Source: Eledone cirrhosa (lineage: Eukaryota). Taken from it: 64,000 bases of DNA. This document shows, piece by piece, positions 39,553-53,345 of the stretch. How positions within the stretch are numbered: position 1 is the first letter of the stretch; each line of letters opens with the position of its first letter. The position numbers and the translations under genes were made by a program. Where the stretch lies: the NCBI GenBank assembly GCA_964016885.1, contig OZ024742.1, forward strand, positions 107,198,001 to 107,262,000. The letters run 5' to 3'. The notes beneath the pieces are model-generated. The model was not told where the DNA came from. It ran no database searches and saw only the letters and a list, made by a program, of their open reading frames with translations.

Positions 39553-39600
<48 letters not shown>

Positions 39601-40162
39601 TATATATACTATATATATATATATATACTATATATATATATATACTATATATATATATATACTATATATATATATATATACTATATATATATATAATATA
39701 CTATATATATATATATATACTATATATATATATATATATACTATATATATATATTATACTATATATATATATATATACTATATATATATATATATACTAT
39801 ATAGTATATATATACTATATATATATATATACGATATATATATATATATACTATATATATATATATATACTATATATATATATATTACTATATATATATA
39901 TATATAACTATATATATATATATACTATATATATATATATATACTATATATATATATATATACTATATATATATATATATACTATATATATATATATACT
40001 ATATATATATATACTATATACTATATATATATATATATATATACTATATATATATATACTATATATATATATATACTATATATATATATATACTATATAT
40101 ATATATATATACTATATATATATATATACTATATATATATATATACTATATATATATATATA

Positions 40163-40193
<31 letters not shown>

Positions 40194-40377
40194 CTATATA
40201 TATATATATATATATATACTATATATATATATACTATATATATATATATACTATATATATATATACTATATATATATATACTATATATATATATATACTA
40301 TATATATATATATACTTATATATATATATACTATATATATATATACTATATATATATATATACTATATATATATATA

Positions 40378-40415
<38 letters not shown>

Positions 40416-40445
40416 TATATATATATATATATATATACTATATAT

Positions 40446-40494
<49 letters not shown>

Positions 40495-40525
40495 CTATAT
40501 ATATATATATTATATATAATATATA

Positions 40526-40567
<42 letters not shown>

Positions 40568-40576
40568 TATATATAT

Positions 40577-40623
<47 letters not shown>

Positions 40624-40628
40624 TATAT

Positions 40629-40660
<32 letters not shown>

Positions 40661-40666
40661 CTATAT

Positions 40667-40698
<32 letters not shown>

Positions 40699-42255
40699 CT
40701 ATATATATATATACTATATATATATATACTATATATATATATATATACTATATATATATATATATACTATATATATATATATATACTATATATATATATA
40801 TATACTATATATATATATATATACTATATATATATATATATACTATATATATATATATATACTATATATATATATACTATATATATATATACTATATATA
40901 TATATACTATAATATATATATATATATATAATATATATATATATATACTATATATATATATACTATATATATATATACTATATATATATATACTATATAT
41001 ATATATATATATATATATACTATATATATATATACTATATATATATATACTATATATATATATATATATATATACTATATATATATACTATATATATATA
41101 TACTATATATATATATATATACTATATATATATATATATACTATATATATATATATATACTATATATATATATATATACTATATATATATATATATACTA
41201 TATATATATATATATACTATATATATATATATATACTATATATATATATATATACTATATATATATATATATATACTATATATATATATATATATACTAT
41301 ATATATATATATATACTATATATATATATACTATATATATATATATATATACTATATATATATATATATACTATATATATATATATACTATATATATATA
41401 TATATACTATATATATATACTATATATATATATATATACTATATATATATATATATACTATATATATATATATATATACTATATATATATACTATATATA
41501 TATATATACTATATATATATATATACTATATATATATATATATACTATATATATATATATATACTATATATATATATATATACTATATATATATATATAT
41601 ATACTATATATATATATATATATACTATATATATATATATATATACTATATATATATATATATACTATATATATATACTATATATATATATATATACTAT
41701 ATATATATACTATATATATATACTATATATATATATATATACTATATATATATATATATACTATATATATATATATATACTATATATATATATATATATA
41801 CTATATATATATATATATATATACTATATATATATATATATATACTACATATATATATATATATATACTATATATATATATTATATACTATATATATATA
41901 TATATATACTATATATATATATATATATACTATATATATATATATATACTATATATATATATATATATATACTATATATATATATATATATACTATATAT
42001 ATATATATATATATACTATATATATATATATATACTATTATATATATATATATATACTATATATATATATATATATACTATATATATATATATATATACT
42101 ATATATATATATATATATACTATATATATATATATATACTATATATATATATATATACTATATATATATATATATACTATATATATATATATATATACTA
42201 TATATATATATATATACTATATATATATATATATACTATATATATATATATATAC

Positions 42256-42287
<32 letters not shown>

Positions 42288-43414
42288 CTATATATATATA
42301 TATATATACTATATATATATATATATATACTATATATATATATATATATACTATATATATATATATATACTATATATATATATATACTATATATATATAT
42401 ATATATACTATATATATATATATATACTATATATATATATATATACTATATATATATATATATACTATATATATATATATACTATATACTATATATATAC
42501 TATATACTATATATATACTATATACTATATATATATATATACTATATATATATATATATATACTATATATATATATATATATACTATATATATATATATA
42601 TATATACTATATATATATATATATATATACTATATATATATATATATATATATACTATATATATATATATATATATACTATATATATATATATATATATA
42701 CTATATACTATATATATATATATATACTATATACTATATATATATATATACTATATATATATATATATACTATATACTATATATATATACTATATATATA
42801 TACTATATATATATACTATATATATATATACTATATATATATATACTATATATATATATACTATATATATATATACTATATATATATATACTATATATAT
42901 ATATACTATATATATATATACTATATATATATATACTATATATATATATACTATATATATATATACTATATATATATATACTATATATATATATACTATA
43001 TATATATATACTATATATATATATATACTATATATATATATATACTATATATATATATATACTATATATATATATATACTATATATATATATATACTATA
43101 TATATATATATACTATATATATATATATACTATATATATATATATACTATATATATATATATACTATATATATATATATACTATATATATATATATACTA
43201 TATATATATATATACTATATATATATATATACTATATATATATATATACTATATATATATATATATACTATATATATATATATACTATATATATATATAT
43301 ACTATATATATATATATACTATATATATATATATACTATATATATATATATACTATATATATATATATACTATATATATATATATACTATATATATATAT
43401 ACTATATATATATA

Positions 43415-43466
<52 letters not shown>

Positions 43467-44374
43467 TATATATATATATATATACTATATATATATATAT
43501 ACTATATATATATATATACTATATATATATACTATATATATATATATACTATATATATATACTATATATATATATATACTATATATATATACTATATATA
43601 TATACTATATATATATATATACTATATATATATATATACTATATATATATATATACTATATATATATATATACTATATATATATATATACTATATATATA
43701 TATACTATATATATATATATACTATATATATATATATACTATATATATATATATACTATATATATATATACTATATATATATATACTATATATATATATA
43801 CTATATATATATACTATATATATATACTATATATATATATACTATATATATATATACTATATATATATATACTATATATATATATACTATATATATATAT
43901 ACTATATATATATATATATTATATATATATATACTATATATATATATATATATTATATATATATATACTATATATATATATACTATATATATATATATAT
44001 ACTATATATATATATATATACTATATATATATACTATATATATACTATATATATATACTATATATATATATATATACTATATATATATACTATATATATA
44101 TATATATACTATATATATATACTATATATATATATATACTATATATATATACTATATATATATATATACTATATATATATACTATATATATATATACTAT
44201 ATATATATATATACTATATATATATATACTATATATATATATATACTATATATATATATACTATATATATATACTATATATATATATACTATATATATAT
44301 ACTATATATATATATACTATATATATATACTATATATATATATATATACTATATATATATACTATATATATATA

Positions 44375-44408
<34 letters not shown>

Positions 44409-44723
44409 TATATATATATATATACTATATATATATACTATATATATATATATATACTATATATATATACTATATATATATATATATACTATATATATAT
44501 ACTATATATATACTATATATATATACTATATATATATACTATATATATATACTATATATATACTATATATATATACTATATATATATACTATATATATAC
44601 TATATATATATACTATATATATACTATATATATATACTATATATATACTATATATATATACTATATATATATATACACTATATATATATATATATACTAT
44701 ATATATATATATATATATATATA
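38835..44723. repeat. ~5.9-kb C(TA)n interrupted dinucleotide array
   Basis: (TA) runs punctuated by single C on the + strand, typically every ~11-21 nt. Confidence 0.95.
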
Positions 44724-44796
44724 GACTATCCAGGAAAAACTTGAACCGTTAAGGGATTTTTTCTTGGTTATGTCAATATTTATAAAACAAACTTTG

Positions 44797-44857
44797 TATT
44801 TTATCTGATGAGAGCGTACCAAAGTTTTGGTACCCTTGAAATACATATAATAGAATA
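44797..44857 (+). ncRNA. Type-I hammerhead ribozyme motif in a ~180-bp island between TA arrays
   Basis: tattttat-CTGATGA-gagcgtaccaa agtt ttggtaccctt-GAAA-tacata-TA|atagaata: 8-bp stem I; 11-position stem II with one mismatch. Confidence 0.75.
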
Positions 44858-44902
44858 AATATGGTTTTATAAATATAGTTTCCATTTATTTAATATCATT
44901 GA

Positions 44903-44959
<57 letters not shown>

Positions 44960-46330
44960 GTATGCATGTGTGTGTTTTCGAACATGTTGATTGCAAATAT
45001 GAAAGTAAAAATAAAATGTAATTTAAAAGAAATCCAGAAACTTATTTAGGTTATGGAATTTACAATTACTTTTTAGCAGAGACGTTTAGGAGCTAGGCAA
45101 ACATGGCTCTGAATTGGGGTCAGGTTTGGGATTTTCGGTAATTATGCATCGGTTACCTGCTTGACACTATCGTCCGATTTTGAATTGGCCTTTAAATAAT
45201 ATCTTTTTAAAATTCTGCATTCAGACTAAGAACTCTGTGATACCCAATAAGTTACTTTGTGGAAAATTTAGTTTAATCGTATCTTGTGTATGCATGTATA
45301 TAGTGGCTAACGGTAACAACACAAACCAGTCGATGAGAGGTTGTCATCCACCCAGCCCCTTTTCCCTGTCATCCTTCAAGAATTCATTTGGACCCATAAA
45401 CATGATTAGAATCCAACTTTGGTGGAAAACACAACTTGCAAATCAATGGCCATCAGCTTGTATACCTCTCCTCGGAGCTAGCTGATCTATATACAGTGGC
45501 TATTCAGATATGCTTGTTTGAATACATAAAAATAATTATAAATTTATAAAAGAGTTTCGGTTTTTAATTTTAGGCACATTAAAAAAATTGTTTTTAAGCT
45601 CTCTTTATAACTGTATTGGACCCTCTATACCCGTAATTGTAAGTTGGTATGAGAATTCGTTGTCGCTGGTTGTATTATTGAAGTATCATTTTATTTTGGG
45701 AGCACAAAAGACCGTGACAAAATAACCCACATGATGATGATGTGTGCTATTGTCACAACATACCAACATACTTTACTAATATAAACATTTAGTGACCTCC
45801 CCTCTCCACTTACACATGAAAGTGAGAGATTATTGCAATTATAAATGAAGACAACATATTTTAATTGTTGAATACTTCCATTTGTTAATGTTTTTATTAC
45901 TGAATACTTTTTACGTGTATGTAGTAGGCTAAAATCAGCCTACTACAAACACACGTAAAAACATGTTTTCATCGTGCTTTCCAATTCCATGTTGATAATG
46001 AATAATATCAATCAAGATATAGATTTTCTACTGATTGTAATGTAATTTCTACAACTATTAATTACAAGTTAAAAAAAGAAATTAATATTAAAAAACCTTT
46101 CACCAATATAATCGTAATCTACACATTTGAAACCGAATCTTTGCAAAATATTTAGAAATATTCACTAATAGGAAAGTTATGACAAATCGAAGCCCGGGAC
46201 AAAACTATAGTTATGACGTCTGTATCTGTCTATCTTGCTATTTATTTATCCATCTTTGTGCCTACTTGTCTCTTTAAATATTCGTCTATCTGTCGGACCA
46301 AATCCCATACCTTCACTGTATCTATGTATG

Positions 46331-46531
46331 TACGAGGGTCGACTGAGAAAATCATAGGCTAACGAAGATACTCTCATGGAATTAACAAACGAGGTTTGTT
46401 TTTCAACATAGTCCATAGAAAGACACAATATAGTTATTAATAAGAAGAATTGAAATTAATGCATGCAAGATTTCACAACTCTAGCATCATTCCTTCATAG
46501 TTAGCCTATGAACTTTTCAACCGACCTTCGT
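46331..46531. mobile_element. Mariner-type MITE
   Basis: TA|cgagggtcgactga...ataggctaac ... gttagcctatgaacttttcaaccgaccttcg|TA. Confidence 0.9.
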
Positions 46532-46594
46532 ATGTATGTAATATATATATGTGTGTGTGTGAAGGTGGTGCTTCAGTGGCTGCAGTCAAATGAC

Positions 46595-46629
<35 letters not shown>

Positions 46630-47930
46630 GTTTGTTGGTTCACCACTGGATAGAATTGGTCATTCCGTATGTAATATTATGGAGAGTACTCAACGTAGTG
46701 CAGTTCACCCGTCTTCGTTTGTGTAGTTGGTGGTGCTAATACGGAGTCCAGCTTCCTGTTATTTTATTTGTAATATATATATATATATAGTAGTTTCCAA
46801 CATGTCTTTGACCTCGGCACCGCATTTCCCTTTGCTTAAGGTACGCTGCACTTCTATTGTGCAAATACTAATAATAAACTATAAATAGCCCGGTTGGAAA
46901 TCACTGGCGTGTGTGTGATGTGGCGTGTATATATGTATGTGCTTCGTCTGAATGGTGTGTAGTATTACGTGTTGCTGACCAATGCATTGAGTTGTGTGTT
47001 TGTGGGAGGGTGACAGAAATACTGCCTGGTAAGCAAAAAACAAAAAAAAAAACAACAGATTGGCTGACACACCAACAAACATTACTGATTGGGATTCCTC
47101 GCTATCAGTTTCCTATTTCCTCTTTCTGATCGATCGATCGATCTCCTATGTTTGTTGGTTTTAATTTATTCGGCGCGGAATTCCCACCCTGCCTCACACC
47201 CCCACACATAACAATAGAACTGCCTATTTTTCTATGTCAGAAATATGAAGCTTTGTGTTGGTGAAGCGAGAAAGAACTATTGGATATTTATTAATACCTA
47301 ATTGATGCATTCGACAGTTTTGTTGTTTTGCAATTACTTGATAAAAAAAAAATGTCTTTAGCTTCACCATTAACATCATCATCATTGTCGACGTCGTCGG
47401 CATCGTTCCTCCCTCTCAATCAACGTCCTTATTGTCATCACCATATTCATTGCTATCACTACGACGACTACCATCAACATCATCTTCCTTGCTATCAGTG
47501 TTGCCACAATCATAAAATTCTATCACATTATCATCATTTTACCACTACTGGAGACATCATCACCACTAACAACAATGGAATCACCTATTTGGTTGCTCTA
47601 TCTGTTAGAAATAACAGCCAGATCTCCTTTAAGTAACACCCTATCATCTAGAAAGAATACAATAAAAGCTGGAACACTTTCGCTCTTGGGTTTTGCTCAA
47701 TCATTGCTGATCAAGGGTTAAACAACATCTTGTACCACCACCATCATTATTATTGCTATCACTGCTACTGCCTCGTAATTATTTTCATCATTATTGATCC
47801 CACCTCCCACCACTAACACCTCTAATAACATTATCACGAGAAAGCTGCTATGTGGTCATTTATTATGCTAGAAATGGCAGTCAAATCTCCCTAAAATTAC
47901 ACCCTATCATTTTGAAAGGGGAGATACACG

Positions 47931-50203
47931 CAGGGTTGCCAAAACTTTTTTTTTCTCAATAGAACTGAAAGCTTTGTTTAAAAAGCACCAAAATATACTA
48001 AAATGTACCAAATCCAATTACCCCCTTCCATACACCTTCCACGTCCTAACACTCCTCCCTTCATCCACATCCTAACATTCCATCCTTCACTCACGTCTTA
48101 ACACTCCACCCTTCATCCATATCCTAATTCTTCGCCCTTCACCAGCTAAGTATCCCACCCTATATACACGCACCTGTCCCATCCCATCCCCCAGTCCACA
48201 CTGTAAAGTGGTCGTTTTCTTGACTACACTTAGGGGCATCCACAACTGCAACTTAGTCTCAAACTACAAGAAAGAAACTGGCACAGCAAGAAAAGTGTGG
48301 AAGAAGACATTTCTTTATAATTAAAATATATTAAGTAAATGTAAAACATTTTCTTTTTGAAGGTGTTTTTCTGTCTCTTCCTGCCTTACTATTTGACAAA
48401 CTACCAACTATCTCACAATTGCATAATTTACAGTAGCCTTTACTTGTGTTCTTTTTACTCAATTCCAGCTATGATCAAAATTTCTCATCATTTAATAATT
48501 TTGACACAGTCCACACTGTACATGTAGTTGGCGTTAGAAAGGGCATCCAGTCATAGAAACCAAGCCAGAACCATTTCTGTATGAGTAAGAAATGATCATC
48601 TGAAATGGTTTGCTCACAATGGGACAACTCGTCTAACCCATGCTAGCATAGAAAAATGGTCGATAAATGGTGATACTGATGAAACGCCACAAATGTTAAA
48701 AAAAGAAAATGTTTTACATTTACTTAATATAATTTAGTTATAAAGAAATGTCTTCTTCCACACTTTTTTTGCTGTACCAGTTTCTTGAAGTTTGAGACTA
48801 AGTTGATTGTTGTAGATGTCACTTAGTGCAGTCAACATTTTGTAACAGAGACTTTGATATCGGCAGGGCAATGTTGATGGTTTTAAAGCATTGCAGTTTT
48901 TTTGTTTTTATGTAATCTTTCATTGTTACATTCTTTTGCTGAGGAATGTAACCAGAAAAGAAGTTGCACTATGAACTGAGATAGTAATGGGTAGCGATAT
49001 ATGTCACCACATTTTTCTTGAGAAACAAGAAACCAGTATTTTTCAGGCTCATTTTGTGCATTAAGAGATGGATCTTGCAGAGTCAGTTCCCTCCATTCTC
49101 TATTTATTTGTTGATATTGGTCTCCATGCACAAGGTTGGAAAATTTCATTGCCAATGATATGATCAGTTTTGTCTAAAGTTACTTGAACAAGTTGCTTGT
49201 TGGTAGAAATATCCAACAAAAACGAACTTTGCTGGATTTAACTTAGACAATAAATCATTGAAAGCATGGGGACTGATCACATTTGAAAAAAACAAGTTCT
49301 TTTAGTTTTTGCGCACTTGATGTTTTTAGTGATGTTTTAATCAGAGCTTACATTGACAATAAGGCCAGCAATAGGTAAGTTTGCTCAGCAATAAATCTGC
49401 GCAGTTTCAGCTCAGCCGATGCTATTTTTGTTAAGTGAGCAGAACACTGAGCAGGCTATATGAAATCTGTTTGTTTCACTACTTTCACATTCTTTTGGTG
49501 TTTTTCTTTCTTTTCATGCCTTACTACTTGACTTAAGCTACCAGCCCCCTCACAATTGCACAATTGCCTTTACTTGCATTCTTTTTACTCAATTTCAACC
49601 ACAATGAACATTTCTCATTGTTTAATAATTTTCACAGAACTTATCTTTTATAAAAAGTGGATTTCAGTTTTTTCTTCTGAAGAATGTCATTTCCGTCACT
49701 ATCTGATTGATATTCGATATTCACTTTTTTCCCACAACACCAAAGCACACTGTAGGGTGTGACACAACTGCTGATCTGGTTGTCTTCCAAGAGTTCCTCT
49801 TAATCCATCTATATTTAAAAGTCTTTGTGTATTGTCAATGGAATTTATTCAAGTAAAACGTCCACTGATCAATTGTGAGCAAATAGTGCGTTATTATTGG
49901 GTACCAGGATAATAGAGAAGATGGTTGGCTACCGATTTAAAATACTGTGCAGATGAATTATTGGTGACAAGTGATTGGCAAATATATTTAATGGATAGCT
50001 TCTCAATGTAAAAGTTGTTATAGCTGATAAATGGTAAATCATTAAATGGTAATTTTAGAATATTAATTAAGCCAAATTCGGAAAGCAAGTACAGTTTCTA
50101 TAACGTACCCAAAAGTCCAGATGCGGTACCAAACGTACAGAAAAGTCAAAATAGGGGCAAATAATACCAAATTTGTATGAACATACCAACTTTGGCAGCA
50201 CTG
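47931..50203 (-). mobile_element. Decayed hAT-superfamily DNA transposon
   Basis: TIRs cagggttgccaaa / tttggcagcactg; 8-bp TSD gatacacg / gatacaca; minus-strand remnant EKYW...YPLLSQF..QLL...HSSA resembling the hAT dimerisation domain, plus a CxxC finger remnant near 49560. Confidence 0.85.
48020..48680 (+). mobile_element. RTE 3' end nested in the hAT element and split by templated hAT pieces
   Basis: 48020-48218 and 48506-48680 match the 3' UTR at 59300-59775. Confidence 0.75.
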
Positions 50204-50854
50204 GATACACATTAAACAATAGTCCTATATACACTTTGCCTAGGTCAGGATAGGACTCCTTTGATCCTAGGGCTGACCTGAGTCTAAACAACAACAATCA
50301 TCATCATCATTACTGTTTTCAAACCAATGACATGATGTTTGTAGTCACTAGCCAAGCTAGACATAACAGCATAACTTCTTCAAATCACAGCCTAAAACAG
50401 GAAAGGAGGACATATTTGAATCACTAAGTCTTAACATTCTGTATTGATATAGCAAAAAATATCTAAAATAAAGACAGCTTATCTTTTTCTTAGGTATATA
50501 ATACAAGGACCTCATTTTCCAAGGCGTTTTTTCCTTTTTAAAGATGTTCAGGTAGGACTTGAGGAAAATGTTGCTGCTAATTTCAGCAGATTGAATGACT
50601 GGAACAGGGATTCTCAAACGTTTTAGGCCATCAAACCCTTTATGGAATCCATGATCTCTCATTGACCCCAGGCATGTACAAAAATAAATTAATCAGTAAA
50701 CAGAATATAAAATGAATATACATGATCATTGTTATCAAAGACTAATTATATATTAATCAGAAACTTGTATAAACAAGTTGTATTTTATTGTATTATTTTA
50801 TGTATTTTCATTTGTTATATAAATGTCAGGTTTTGGCCCCAAAATTCAATCAAC

Positions 50855-51115
50855 ATGATCATCATCACTATTTAATGTCCATTTTCTATGCCTGCATGAG
50901 TTAGATGAGTTGTCACATACTGATGCTAAACTGATCAGGAGATCATGTCTTGCTTGTACGTTCTGGTTTAGGCTTGATTTCTATGGCTGGATGCTCTTCC
51001 TAATTCCAACCACTTTAAAGTGTGTACTGGGAGCATTTTATCAAGACTCCAACACTACCCATGTTGAGTGGATGCTTTATGCTGTGGCACTAGCATTACC
51101 ACTTTACAGAGTCCC
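50855..51115 (-). mobile_element. RTE 3' end
   Basis: Family motif in reverse complement. Confidence 0.7.
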
Positions 51116-52029
51116 TTGAGTAACCCCATTGATTTCAACAAGGTCAATACCAACTACATTAGGGACCTGTGATATCGAGGCTTACTCATTGGCTTGATGT
51201 TGCTGGGATAAGATGTGGGAGGAATGGAGATTAGGTACAATTTTATTGTTTTCTGTCATTTAACATGAAGAGTTTTGCCGAAGGTCATGCAATGTGAGTA
51301 TATTATTTGGGGTTGTTATTAGGACATGAGGTGGAGGAACTTAGGGGAGTCAAAAGCCATCCAATAATGTCTAAAAAAGAAAAAGAAAAAAAAAACAGGT
51401 AAACAGCTCATTAACCTAGGTTGGCAGTCTGTCTAGGAAAAGGGTAACTCAGATTTCAAATTTGAGTTAGATGGGACTTCTTGATCACCTTGGTGAGAAC
51501 CTTTCAAGTGGCCAACAGCTCCATCCTTGTGATAAAGATGAATGAACTGCAGCTTGGTAGCTAGCTTTTGAGTAATGGTTGAACAAGGATTCAGGACCTA
51601 CTGACCCCCCCCCCCCCTTATGAGAATTATGGACATATGGTATCTTATAGATTGGTGCAATTGTCCATGGTCCTTGTCTCTCAGTAATGAGGATGGCAAG
51701 AGACACAGACTATTAGGGTTTATATAGGTGGCGAATTGGTAGAGTTGTTAGAATGACAGATAGAGTACTTTGCATTGTTTATTTCAGTTCTCTGCACTCT
51801 TGAGTTCAAATCCCTCCAAAGCTAACTTTGCTTTTCATCTTTTCAAGGCTGATAAAAAAAAGTACCAGTCAAATTCTGTGGTCAATTCTTGCCCTCACCC
51901 CTCTCCCTCTATCTCTGGATCAAGGATGGTCAAAACTGAAGAGAGTGGGCTTTGCAAGGTTAAAAATGCCCGAATCATGCCCTCGCCCTATGAGTTATGG
52001 GTTCATGAATGAATGTATTATAAATTATG

Positions 52030-52705
52030 TTGAATACAACTGTTTGTCAGTTTTCTAATTGTTATGGTTTTTTTTGTTTTTGAAATTTATTTTATTATTT
52101 CCTTGTTTAGTTGTTTGATACTGGAGTTATATTTTGGTTGCCTGTGGTTTTGGTACATTAGTTTTTAGGTTGGGGATTTTGGTGTGTGATTGGGGTTCTA
52201 TGTTTTGTGTTGCCCTGTGTGATATGCATATATATTTTTAAATATTTTGTTGATTGTATGTACTAGAGTGTCCATGTTAGTGTTTGTGGTCATCATTGCT
52301 TTACCTACTAGCAAGGGCTCAACATCCCATCACAAACCAGTCAGTACTCATGTGGAACCACTGACCTTCCGGTGAGCCAGGCATGCATCTGATTACATAT
52401 GTTCCTGTACTTTATTGATTGCTCAGCTGGGAAAGGGCCCCCAACATACGATCCCACACTCTACTTAGATTTTGTTTCTTTGTGGAATATGATCTATTAT
52501 GCATTTTTGAAGTTTGTAAAAATATTTTTATTTTCTTCATTGTTGCCTGTCTTGTGATGATAATTGGTAGGTAGTCTGAGGAAAGATGTGTAGCTGTTTG
52601 CCAAAGGGTTGTGTAGAAATGAAGATGATGTCTGGTGAAGATTTGTGGTACTTAGCTTGGTCAGCTATGTGTGTGTATGTTGGTATGTAGGCTTAGATTG
52701 TTTAG
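52030..52705 (-). mobile_element. Highly decayed LINE remnant (APE C-terminus)
   Basis: SSPDIIFIS...SDYLPIII motif and a LNKEI linker on the minus strand. Confidence 0.4.
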
Positions 52706-53345
52706 GGCGTAAAGAAGGTGGTGGTGCCCCATCATAGCTGCAGTCCAATAACTGAAACCAGTAACAGAACATATACATAGATCTAGATGTCATTATCATC
52801 ATTTTTACGTCAATTTTTCAATGCTGGCATGAGTTGGACGGGACCTTTTGACGCAATATTTTACAGTCGGATGCTTTTCCTTACACCAACCCTTTTAATC
52901 GCTTCTTACAACACACAAAAACATGATGTATCTATTCTAAACTTGATACACACGACATAGATAATTATACTGTACAAGATGCACACACACATCCACACTC
53001 AAATACATAAATATAGAGACAGATATATAGATTGCTCTTCTTTTGACGTTGCAGTTTTAGAAAGAATCAATGTGATTTATTCAACAAAACAGGGATGGTA
53101 ACAATAAGAAGATATGAATAAATAGCTTGAGTGAAATAGAATCGATAATGTTAAAAGTAATATACGCAATAATTATAGTTTCACAAGACTACAAATTATT
53201 AGAGTAGGGAAGCTGTATAGTAAATTAAGTTGACCTCATATATAACTGGTACTTATTTAACAGAATGAAAAGCAAAGTTAACCATGTACGATTAGAACTT
53301 GAAAACATAAACAACTATGATTAAATACAGCAAAGCATTTGTTCT

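Noticed and set aside
49676-49720. ctgaaga...cgata hammerhead-like string
   Set aside because: Lacks GAAA and a stem I; lies within the hAT transposase remnant.
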